Of a stretch of DNA of 64,000 nt, positions 8,796 through 17,404 are shown piece by piece; the stretch's first letter is position 1, and every line of letters begins with the position of its first letter. Source of the DNA: an uncultured Spirochaetota bacterium. GTDB taxonomy: Bacteria; Spirochaetota; Brevinematia; Brevinematales; JAOACQ01. The stretch is from positions 288,001-352,000 of the forward strand of contig CAWIGG010000006.1 of NCBI GenBank assembly GCA_963835575.1, written 5' to 3'. The position numbers were made by a program, and so were the translations under genes. The notes under the pieces are model-generated. The model was not told the DNA's origin. It saw only the letters and a program-made list of their open reading frames with translations, and ran no database searches.

Positions 8796-10283
8796 ATGAA
8801 TTCGGCAAATGTTATGAATCAAAAGAAGTATTTTTTTACATATCTCGGAATGGTTTTCCTGATTGCTTTCGCTCTTTTCTTTTTCCGTTATACATATCCA
8901 AACGGCCCTTTCTGGGATGAGAATTATCATATCGCTTCGGCCCAAAAGTATGTAAACGGCGTCTATTTTATGGAGCCGCACCCTCCGCTCGGGAAATTGA
9001 TAATGGCCCTGGGCGAAGCCCTTATAGCGCCCAATAAGGGCATTGATACTGCGCCTTTTTTATCGACGGATTATATTTCCACTTTTCCGGACCAGTATTC
9101 CTTTGCCGGGATGCGTTTTTTCCCCATTCTCTTTTCGGCATGTTCGGCGCTCTTTTTCTTTATGATCCTGTACAGGCTTTCCGTTTCAATTCATTATGCC
9201 CTGCTCTTTTCCGCCTTCTATCTGTTTGATAACGCGCTTATCGTGCACCTGCGGGGGGCCATGCTTGAGGGCATACAGATATTCTTTATTCTGGCCGCGG
9301 TTTATTATTTTATAGAGCTTCTCCGGAAAAAAGAAAAAAGAAAAGTTCTGGAATATTTTATTCTGGGGCTTCTTGCCGGTCTGGCTGTTTCTGTTAAGCT
9401 TAACAGCGCCGTTGTTCTGCTCCTTTTTGTTTTTCTGGCTTATGAAGATTACGGTTCCGATGTCCTGCAGTTGAAAATAACAAAAGAAATGATCATAACT
9501 TTTACTAAAAAAACTCTTTCTGCTGCCGCGGGTATCCTTATAGTCTTTTTTATCAGTTTTTATATTCATTTCGCCATCGCGGGAAATGTTATGAACGGCC
9601 GGTTCTATCAGGCGTCGGAAGAATATAAATCGATATTGAGCCTTCATGAAAACGCCGATCCGCTGCGTTTTTTCACAATGCTTCGCGATTACGTCGGTTA
9701 TATGCAGAGCTATGAGAAGGGTGTGCCGAAATGGGACCCGTCAAAACTCGATGAAAACGGCAGTCCGGCCTTCACGTGGCCGTTCGGTTATAAAAGCATC
9801 AATTACCGCTGGACAAAAACAGACGGAAAGGTCGCCTATCTTTACCTGCAGGGGAATCCGCTTATATGGTTATCCGCTTTGGCCGGCATAGCGCTTTCCC
9901 TCATTTATATAGGCGGAAGGATTTTCTTTAAAACGCCGGTAGAGGACAAAGGCTCTTTCAAGCTTATTGTGTATTTTTCAATTCTATATATCGTTTATAT
10001 GGCATTGATGATGTCGCTGGAAAGGGTCATGTACCTCTATCATTATTTCATTCCGCTGATCTTTTCTTTTTTCCTGGCTTTTCTTATTTTTCAGCATTAT
10101 TTTAAAGAGCATATGAAGACAAACGATAAATTTCTGCGCGTAGTTTCCATAATTATTGCCGCCGAGATATTCTGCGTTTTCCTGTTCTACGCGCCGTTCA
10201 GTTATTATATACCGCTGGACAGCCTGGATTTTATAAAAAGGATCTGGACTAAAGCCTGGGGTTTAATACCGATTAATTTTTAG
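8796..10283 (+). CDS. Dolichyl/polyprenyl-phosphate-mannose:protein O-mannosyltransferase (PMT, GT39)
   Basis: Loop-1 WDENYH and EPHPPLGKL motifs, LAVSVKLN, C-terminal SPAFTWP...GNPLIW...RVMYLYHY; multi-TM. Confidence 0.85.
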   Translation: MNSANVMNQKKYFFTYLGMVFLIAFALFFFRYTYPNGPFWDENYHIASAQKYVNGVYFMEPHPPLGKLIMALGEALIAPNKGIDTAPFLSTDYISTFPDQYSFAGMRFFPILFSACSALFFFMILYRLSVSIHYALLFSAFYLFDNALIVHLRGAMLEGIQIFFILAAVYYFIELLRKKEKRKVLEYFILGLLAGLAVSVKLNSAVVLLLFVFLAYEDYGSDVLQLKITKEMIITFTKKTLSAAAGILIVFFISFYIHFAIAGNVMNGRFYQASEEYKSILSLHENADPLRFFTMLRDYVGYMQSYEKGVPKWDPSKLDENGSPAFTWPFGYKSINYRWTKTDGKVAYLYLQGNPLIWLSALAGIALSLIYIGGRIFFKTPVEDKGSFKLIVYFSILYIVYMALMMSLERVMYLYHYFIPLIFSFFLAFLIFQHYFKEHMKTNDKFLRVVSIIIAAEIFCVFLFYAPFSYYIPLDSLDFIKRIWTKAWGLIPINF

Positions 10284-10300
10284 TTCCGATTGAGGTGTTT

Positions 10301-10870
10301 ATGTTGAAATGGACAGACAGAAGAATGATTCTGCTCTATGCCGCGGTGTTATGCGGACTTTTTTTTATTTATAAGGTAATCACTCCTGTTGTTTTCGGCA
10401 GAAACATTCAGATGACCATCACCAAACAGAAAGGAAAGATTGAAACGCTGGATACTCCGGTAGTGTCCGATTTTAAGGAAATATATTATATCAATACAAT
10501 CGATTTCCCGGGCGGTTCTGTGCTTGTCCATAAAGACCTGGGCAATTTCGCCTATGCCCAGGATTTTTTTCTCGATTTTAACGCTAAAATCGAGATCTTA
10601 AAAGACGGAATATTCCTGTTTGATATCGCTTCCGATGACGGGTTCCGGTTCAAGCTTAACGGCAATATGATAGGCGAATTTATTTCCAACCGGCCGTTTG
10701 AAACCAACCAGTACAGCGTGCTCCTGAATAAGGGGATCTACAACATGGATTTATTCTATTATCAGGGGTTCGGTCTTCTCGGATTAATAGCCGCCTATAG
10801 ATTTCAGGAAGGCGGAAGGACTTATCTTTTCGGCGAGGACTCGCCTTATATGAGATTTAAAAGAGAATAG
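10301..10870 (+). CDS. Membrane-anchored PA14-domain protein
   Basis: Single N-terminal TM; F.I.SDDGFRFKLNG...LFYYQGFG PA14 pattern; directly after the PMT gene. Confidence 0.75.
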   Translation: MLKWTDRRMILLYAAVLCGLFFIYKVITPVVFGRNIQMTITKQKGKIETLDTPVVSDFKEIYYINTIDFPGGSVLVHKDLGNFAYAQDFFLDFNAKIEILKDGIFLFDIASDDGFRFKLNGNMIGEFISNRPFETNQYSVLLNKGIYNMDLFYYQGFGLLGLIAAYRFQEGGRTYLFGEDSPYMRFKRE

Positions 10871-11129
10871 CATTCCAAAGTTAAGCAATTTATTTTTTCT
10901 CATCAATAGTCATGAAAATAGAAAAAAATAATTGATTTCGAGATTTGAAGTTTCAATTTGGACAGCTTACTTAAAAATTTCATAACAAAATATAATTATT
11001 AAAGTGAGACATATCAAATTACCCCAATAACTCACCCTTCGGCAGGCTCAAAGTAAACTCCTAAAACGGAATTTTGCCGATAAACACGGATGCTTCGACT
11101 GTGCTCAGCGCAGGTTTCATTGATATTAA

Positions 11130-11333
11130 GGGCAGTTCTAAAAACTCAAATATTTAGAACTGCCGCTATTATATGAGTTCATGCTACCGCCCGAGTTCGC
11201 TGTCTGAAAAGATCATCAACCAGCGAACTCTATACGGTAGCGTCAATTAAATTTACAAGAGATTCTATAACCGGGGCAGTTCCAAAACCTATGTTGGAAA
11301 TATCTGATTGATTTTGAGTTTTTGGAACTGCCC
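11130..11333. mobile_element. MITE with IS5-like 21-bp TIRs and TTAA flanks, carrying a structured 154-bp cassette (copy 1)
   Basis: ttaa|gggcagttctaaaaactcaaa ... tttgagtttttggaactgccc|ttaa; 11130-11283 is repeated at 46903-47056. Confidence 0.8.
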
Positions 11334-11414
11334 TTAAGTAAATACATTCTTCTGATCCGTGTAAATCTGTGTGGAATTGGGGTCGATTTAATAAATCATA
11401 ATTCAATTCAGTTT

Positions 11415-13085
11415 TTACCCTTTTATCTCAAAATAATCCTTCAGTATCCAGAAGGCCGCCGAACACAAAACTATCAATAAAAATATAATGATATTATTTC
11501 GGAAACCGATTTCAAATTGAGCGTTCTGATACGTGATTTTACCGTTCCGCAGATTTTTTAAGTATCCCCCCAGATTGGTGATCTGGTCCAGATAAATAAA
11601 ATTTGAATTGTATCCGGCAGCGGTTTCCCGGTTTTCCGTAAGCATGCCGTTTTCCATGGGATTGTCCGAAATAGAGTAGAGCGTTTCCTGACGGTTTGTT
11701 GGCCGGCGGTATATTCCGGGAGCGGAAACACCGGCCGGATTGTTTTCGCCGGTTATATAATTTAATTTATTGAAAAGCAGGCCCTGATTTTTATCTCCGA
11801 TCAGAAAATTCACATTATTCTGCCAGAAATGCGCGAACAAATTATAAGCGATATCTTCCCCGAGCCTGGAGAAGTCCCATTTCCATGTATCAAATCCGAA
11901 AAAAACCCGGGAACGGGGCAGAGGTTCTATCAATAAATCTTTTTCGTCAAGGGCTGTTTTCACGATCAGCTCGGAATTATCATAGTTAAAAGTTTTTTCT
12001 TTAAAGTTTTCCAGGGCGGGGCCGATTGAAAAAAGGCCGAGGAGCTGTCTCATCTCATGATACTCATTCAGGCCCGGTTCATAAAAAATTGGTTTTTGGG
12101 CTTTTATCGCTTTAATGAGTTCTGTTAGGTCTGAAAATTGACTGTCCTTTAAATCGAGAAGTATGATCCCATTGTAGGAAAGACATTCCGGAAAGCGGAT
12201 TTTATCCCGGTATTCTTTTAAAACTACGGCATCGGTTTTAATCCACTTAAGTCCGGCCAGGAAGCGCCTGATAAAGGCGAATTCGGCGGATGGCTTTCCC
12301 GAGATGAGAAGGATTTTATAAAATTCCGGCAGCACATCGATGGCCCTGACAATTGAATTATTGTTCGTATACCGGTCTTCCTTATTATCGATGGTGAATG
12401 AGATAATGTGAAAACCGGGCCGGCCGGGCACCAGGGGAATATCGCTTTCATTTTCCCCCGGTTTTAAATGGACAGGGATATTCCGGATATTTCTACCGCT
12501 GTCGATTATTTTTAAATCCGCCTTCTGGTCCCTCGCTGATTCTATTTTTATTTTTATATTCTCTTTTTGTCCGCTCTGGAGATATTCCGGCAGTGCGGCC
12601 TCTGTCAGTGAAAGCGGGTCATTATTGGTCTTATTTACCGGTTTGATTATAATAGGATAAATATCCGGCAGTTTTTCAAAAGGAATGTAAGAGTAGTTGT
12701 CATTAAAATCGCTTATCACGGCTATCTTTGTATTCCCGCCGAATTTTATCTTGAGATAATTAAGGCTGTCATATAGCGCCGTGTATTGATCATTCAGCCG
12801 GTTTGTATTTTCCGAAACCGTGTCGGCGAAATAAAAAACTTTAATATCATCCGGGAGAAGCCCCGGATTAAAAGAAGGAACGCTCCGGCTTTTATCGACG
12901 AGGAGGCAGACCGTTTCCTTTATTTCCTTCCGGTACTTGACAGTCAGCTGATAATTGAATAAAAAGAGAAGTGATAAAAAAACCGTCGGTGATAAAAGGA
13001 AGGACAATATCAGGGATTTTTTTTTTATATATACGGCAAGAAAAACCGCGAGTGCCCCGGCGCATGAAATAACCAGCTGAGCCAT
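11415..13085 (-). CDS. Membrane protein with degenerate vWA-like and Ig/CARDB-like domains
   Basis: N- and C-terminal TM segments; LLVDKSRSV and VISDFNDN vWA-like motifs; EDRYTNNN; ILLISGKPSAEF. Confidence 0.55.
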   Translation of the reverse strand: MAQLVISCAGALAVFLAVYIKKKSLILSFLLSPTVFLSLLFLFNYQLTVKYRKEIKETVCLLVDKSRSVPSFNPGLLPDDIKVFYFADTVSENTNRLNDQYTALYDSLNYLKIKFGGNTKIAVISDFNDNYSYIPFEKLPDIYPIIIKPVNKTNNDPLSLTEAALPEYLQSGQKENIKIKIESARDQKADLKIIDSGRNIRNIPVHLKPGENESDIPLVPGRPGFHIISFTIDNKEDRYTNNNSIVRAIDVLPEFYKILLISGKPSAEFAFIRRFLAGLKWIKTDAVVLKEYRDKIRFPECLSYNGIILLDLKDSQFSDLTELIKAIKAQKPIFYEPGLNEYHEMRQLLGLFSIGPALENFKEKTFNYDNSELIVKTALDEKDLLIEPLPRSRVFFGFDTWKWDFSRLGEDIAYNLFAHFWQNNVNFLIGDKNQGLLFNKLNYITGENNPAGVSAPGIYRRPTNRQETLYSISDNPMENGMLTENRETAAGYNSNFIYLDQITNLGGYLKNLRNGKITYQNAQFEIGFRNNIIIFLLIVLCSAAFWILKDYFEIKG

Positions 13086-13087
13086 TA

Positions 13088-13492
13088 TTACCCCTCTATG
13101 CACTTTACAGTGTATTTTCTATGCCTCGGGCCGTCGAATTCCGCGAAATAAATCCCCTGCCATGTTCCGAGGAGGGCCCTGCCGCCGGATATGACCAGAG
13201 TGAGGGAAGGACCGAACAGGCTCGATTTGATGTGGGCGTCCGAATTTCCCTCGGCGTGGGCGAAGCCGGATTGTTGGGGGATAAGCTTTGAGAGATAATG
13301 ATTGATGTCGTATACCACATCCGGATCGGCGTTTTCATTGATCGTGACTCCCGCTGTCGTGTGGGGCACGAATAGGACGCAGATCCCCTCTTGGATTTTT
13401 GATTCGGAAATGCATTGCTGGACCATATGGCTGATATTAACGAGTTCAATTCTGTTTTTTGTTGAAATGGACAATTCAAAAATATTTTTCAT
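13088..13492 (-). CDS. yjbQ: YjbQ / UPF0047 family protein
   Basis: HTTAGVTINENADPDV, HAEGNSDAHIKSSL, LGTWQGIYFAEFDGPR. Confidence 0.9.
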   Translation of the reverse strand: MKNIFELSISTKNRIELVNISHMVQQCISESKIQEGICVLFVPHTTAGVTINENADPDVVYDINHYLSKLIPQQSGFAHAEGNSDAHIKSSLFGPSLTLVISGGRALLGTWQGIYFAEFDGPRHRKYTVKCIEG

Positions 13493-13718
13493 AAAAGTCT
13501 CCTCTGCAGGGGCATAAAATTTTACTCTCAAACAGTTTATCAATTGACTTTAGCACAGCGCCCTGATATTGTCAAATGATGCTTAAAAGAACTTGACGGG
13601 CATAATTGTTTTATGCCATGGCCGAATTTCTTTATTTTTTATAACGGATGCTTTATAATGAGATTTAAGTAATAATCCATCTAATTAATAGTTTAATTTT
13701 ATTCAAGCGGGTGAATAA

Positions 13719-13970
13719 ATGGCAAAGAAAGCCGAAAAGACCGGGCGCAGTTTTGAAGAGGATATGCACCGTCTGGAAGAGATCGTGGATAAACTGGAAA
13801 GCGGTGTGCCTGTCGAAGAGTCTCTTCTTCTTTATGAGGAAGGGATGAGGCTGTCCAGTAAACTGGAAGTGAAGCTCTCGGAAATCGAGAGAAAAGTCTA
13901 CGAGGTTAAGAATATCTCAAAGCTCGCCAGCGGCGAGGATACGGAAATGGAAGTGGGCCTGTTTAAATAG
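13719..13970 (+). CDS. xseB: Exodeoxyribonuclease VII small subunit
   Basis: SFEE...LEEIV.KLESG...EESL.LYEEGM.L. Confidence 0.85.
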   Translation: MAKKAEKTGRSFEEDMHRLEEIVDKLESGVPVEESLLLYEEGMRLSSKLEVKLSEIERKVYEVKNISKLASGEDTEMEVGLFK

Positions 13971-13996
13971 GATTTGTTTTTTAACGGGAGGATTTA

Positions 13997-14335
13997 ATGC
14001 CTTTAAGGCCGACCAGGATCGGGGTGAATATAAAAGCGAGTTATACCCTGAAAAATTGCGAAGGTGAAGGCATAATAGTGGATATCTCCACCGGCGGCCT
14101 GGCCATGGAAGTCAGGCAGATATTTGTCATAGGCGATCTTGTGCATGTCATATTCAGGCTTCCGGATACCAATAATGATGAAGTTGATTTCTGGGGAATT
14201 GTCCGTACTGTTAACGGGAATATGCTCGGTGTGAAATATGAAGAGATATCGAATGAGAATATTGAAAAATTAGACCGCTTTGTCACCAGTTTGATACTTA
14301 CGGCGGGAAGGCAGGCCAGAGAGCCTTTTGAGTGA
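13997..14335 (+). CDS. PilZ domain protein
   Basis: RxxxR-like RPTR and DISTGG motifs, GVKY near the C-terminus. Confidence 0.75.
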   Translation: MPLRPTRIGVNIKASYTLKNCEGEGIIVDISTGGLAMEVRQIFVIGDLVHVIFRLPDTNNDEVDFWGIVRTVNGNMLGVKYEEISNENIEKLDRFVTSLILTAGRQAREPFE

Positions 14336-14342
14336 TATAAGC

Positions 14343-14370
14343 ATTTCCAAAAACCCAGGTTTTTGGAAAT
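14343..14370. repeat. Short hairpin with IS5-MITE-like arms (possible terminator)
   Basis: atttccaaaaacc-ca-ggtttttggaaat. Confidence 0.5.
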
Positions 14371-14431
14371 ACCCGGTAATATAATAAAAGAAGCGGTAAT
14401 GAGTTATCGCTTATTTTTTTGGGAGCTTTGA

Positions 14432-15184
14432 TTGAAAATCGGCTTTTTCTATAAGAAGGGTGAAGAAAAGGGTTTTTACGGGGCGCTTTACGGCGGTAAA
14501 GTGAGGAAATTAAACGATTTTTTACTGAGTAATGAATGGGAAGAGTATGAATTGTCAGAACTGGACATATCGGTGCCCGCGAACCCTTCAAAAATCGTGG
14601 CCGTCGGGCTGAATTACTCCCGTCATGCCGAGGAAATGAAAGGTAAAATCCCGGAAGAGCCCGTTCTATTTTTAAAGCCACCATCAAGCATTTTGCCGCA
14701 TAAAGGAAAAATTATATATCCCGCTTCAGCCGGCAGACTTGACTATGAGGCCGAACTGGCGGTAGTCATCAGCAAAACGGCAAAGAATATTGAAGCGGGC
14801 GAAGCCCCGGAACATATCCTGGGTTATACGGCCTTTAATGATGTGACGGCGAGGGACCTGCAGGCAAAAGACGGGCAATGGACAAGGGCCAAAGGTTTTG
14901 ACACTTTCGCCCCGTTCGGTCCGTTCATTGAAACCGCGATAGCCGATCCGGGGAAGCTGAAAATCCAGGCTGTCCTGAACGGGGAAGTAAAGCAGGACTC
15001 GAATACGTCCAATATGATTTTTGACGTTTTTACCCTTGTGAGTTTTATCAGCAAAGTTATGACCCTTTACCCGGGGGATGTGATCGCGACAGGAACGCCG
15101 GAAGGCATCGGACCTATGCGGAAAGGCGATGAAATAATCATCCGGATCGAAGGCCTGGACGATCTTGTTAATAGGGTAGCCTGA
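14432..15184 (+). CDS. Fumarylacetoacetate hydrolase family protein
   Basis: KIVAVGLNY..H, DYEAELAVVI, NDVTARD, KGFDTF.P.GP, PGDVIATGTP; TTG start. Confidence 0.9.
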   Translation: MKIGFFYKKGEEKGFYGALYGGKVRKLNDFLLSNEWEEYELSELDISVPANPSKIVAVGLNYSRHAEEMKGKIPEEPVLFLKPPSSILPHKGKIIYPASAGRLDYEAELAVVISKTAKNIEAGEAPEHILGYTAFNDVTARDLQAKDGQWTRAKGFDTFAPFGPFIETAIADPGKLKIQAVLNGEVKQDSNTSNMIFDVFTLVSFISKVMTLYPGDVIATGTPEGIGPMRKGDEIIIRIEGLDDLVNRVA

Positions 15185-15352
15185 AGGCCTGCATATATTT
15201 AAACAGTATTGTTTTTACACTGCTTGAGAGCTCATTTTTTTAAAAAATAAAATAATTTTGTTCCATTGAGGATCAGTCTGCACCCATAGAAATTTTACTT
15301 TCCCTTCATTATTAATTATATTTAATGGTGAATTAAAACCATGATCAGCCGA

Positions 15353-15466
15353 AATTGAGCGATTTATTTTTTATTTAACTATAGCGTATATAATTCCCCT
15401 CACCATTTTGTCGGGCAGCGCATGAGAAGCTAACAAAATGGTGAGGGGTAAAAGAATCGCTTAATT
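15353..15466. repeat. AATTGAGCG-family inverted-repeat element enclosing a CCCTCACCATTTTG hairpin
   Basis: aattgagcgatt (15353) / aatcgcttaatt (15455-15466); inner stem cccctcaccattttgt (15396-15411) / acaaaatggtgagggg (15433-15448). Confidence 0.7.
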
Positions 15467-15515
15467 CCGGGTTTATGTTATATTACTATTTATAGGATTA
15501 TAAAAGGAGTTTATT

Positions 15516-16097
15516 ATGTTGATACCAATGGTTATTGAGCAGAGCAACAGGGGTGAAAGGGCCTATGATATTTATTCCAGGCTTTTAAAAGATAGAATCG
15601 TGTTTCTGGGGGCGGTGATCGATGATGATGTGGCGAACCTTGTGATTGCCCAGCTTCTGTTCCTTGAGGCCGAAGACCCGGAAAGGGACATCAATCTCTA
15701 TATCAATTCGCCGGGAGGCGTAGTCACTTCAGGCCTGGCGATTTATGATACAATGCAGTATATCAAGTGCGATGTTTCCACGATCTGCATCGGCGAGGCC
15801 GCATCGATGGGCGCGGTGCTTCTGGCCGCCGGGAAAAAAGGCAAGCGTTTTACACTGCCGCACTCCCGGATTATGATCCATCAGCCTTCCGGAGGGACCC
15901 AGGGCCAGGCCAAGGACATCAAGATCCAGGCGGAGGAAATGCTCCGGACAAAAAGCACGCTGGACAATATACTGGTCAAGCATACAGGCCAGGTCCTCGA
16001 CAAGATCGAGCTGGATACGGACAGGGATTTCTTTATGTCGGGGTCCGAGGCAAAAAAGTACGGGATTGTGGATGAAATTCTTGAAAAAAGGAAATAG
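15516..16097 (+). CDS. clpP: ATP-dependent Clp protease proteolytic subunit
   Basis: [46 protein letters not shown]. Confidence 0.97.
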   Translation: MLIPMVIEQSNRGERAYDIYSRLLKDRIVFLGAVIDDDVANLVIAQLLFLEAEDPERDINLYINSPGGVVTSGLAIYDTMQYIKCDVSTICIGEAASMGAVLLAAGKKGKRFTLPHSRIMIHQPSGGTQGQAKDIKIQAEEMLRTKSTLDNILVKHTGQVLDKIELDTDRDFFMSGSEAKKYGIVDEILEKRK

Positions 16098-16099
16098 GT

Positions 16100-17392
16100 A
16101 TGACAGTAAGAAGAGAGGATATGGATAAAAATCCTCAAAAAAACAGGAAAGTCATTCAATGTAATTTCTGCGGAGCGATGTCTTCGGATGTTTACCGCAT
16201 GGTAAAAGGCGACGGCGAGGTCTATATCTGCGACAGCTGCCTGTACAACTCGTACCAGGCCATTCAAAATGAGCATAAGCAGTCAGCCATAAATACGGTC
16301 AATAAACTGCCGAAGCCAAAGGAGATGAAGGAATTTCTGGACCAGTACGTCATAGGCCAGGACAACGCGAAAAAAATCCTTTCCGTGGCGGTTTATAATC
16401 ATTACAAAAGGATTTTTTCGAACTCTTTCATGAAAGATAAAAATGACGTGGAGATAGAAAAAAGCAATATTATTCTATTAGGGCCCACGGGAAGCGGTAA
16501 AACGCTCCTTGCCAAGACTCTGGCAAGGCTCCTGGATGTGCCCTTCGCGATAGCCGACGCGACGACGCTGACGGAAGCGGGATATGTGGGGGACGATGTC
16601 GAAAATGTCCTCCTCAGGCTCCTGCAGAACACGGCGGGCGGATATTTTGACCCGGAATCCAGGGAACTGGAACAGCTGATCTCACGGGCCGAAGTCGGAA
16701 TAGTTTATATCGATGAGATCGACAAGATAGCCAGGAAGAGCGAGAATGTTTCCATTACCCGCGATGTTTCGGGCGAAGGGGTCCAGCAGGCGCTCCTCAA
16801 GCTGATAGAAGGAACGGACTCGTCTGTGCCGGCTTACGGAGGGAGGAAGCATCCCCAGCAGAAAAACATCATGATGAATACCACCAATATATTATTTATT
16901 GTGGGCGGGGCTTTTGTCGGGCTGGATGATATCATCAAAACAAGGATCGGCAAGAAGGAAGTCGGGTTTAAAAGCGCGCAGGTCAATAAAAAGATCGATA
17001 CCGATACGATCTTGAAGGAAGCCATACCCCATGATTTCATTAAATACGGCCTTATTCCGGAACTGGTCGGGAGGCTTCCGGTCACGGCGGCGCTCCACGA
17101 ACTGACGGATGAAGAGCTCAAGAAAGTCCTGACGGACCCGAAGAACGCGATCATCAAGCAGTACCAGAAATTGATGGGCCTTGAGAATGTCGAGCTTGAG
17201 TTTACGGAAGAGGCCATAAACGAGATCGTTAAAAAAACAAAAGAGAAAAAAACAGGCGCGCGCGGGCTGCGCTCAGTGATAGAGGAAGTGATGCTGGACA
17301 TTATGTATGAAATACCGTCCATGAAAAAAGTCTCGCACTGCGTCATTGATAAAGATGTTGTCTGTACGGGCAAAGAGCCCAAAATAGCGTAA
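16100..17392 (+). CDS. clpX: ATP-dependent Clp protease ATP-binding subunit
   Basis: C4 zinc finger [45 protein letters not shown] loop, GARGLR. Confidence 0.97.
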   Translation: MTVRREDMDKNPQKNRKVIQCNFCGAMSSDVYRMVKGDGEVYICDSCLYNSYQAIQNEHKQSAINTVNKLPKPKEMKEFLDQYVIGQDNAKKILSVAVYNHYKRIFSNSFMKDKNDVEIEKSNIILLGPTGSGKTLLAKTLARLLDVPFAIADATTLTEAGYVGDDVENVLLRLLQNTAGGYFDPESRELEQLISRAEVGIVYIDEIDKIARKSENVSITRDVSGEGVQQALLKLIEGTDSSVPAYGGRKHPQQKNIMMNTTNILFIVGGAFVGLDDIIKTRIGKKEVGFKSAQVNKKIDTDTILKEAIPHDFIKYGLIPELVGRLPVTAALHELTDEELKKVLTDPKNAIIKQYQKLMGLENVELEFTEEAINEIVKKTKEKKTGARGLRSVIEEVMLDIMYEIPSMKKVSHCVIDKDVVCTGKEPKIA

Positions 17393-17404
17393 TGAGGTAA
17401 GAGA

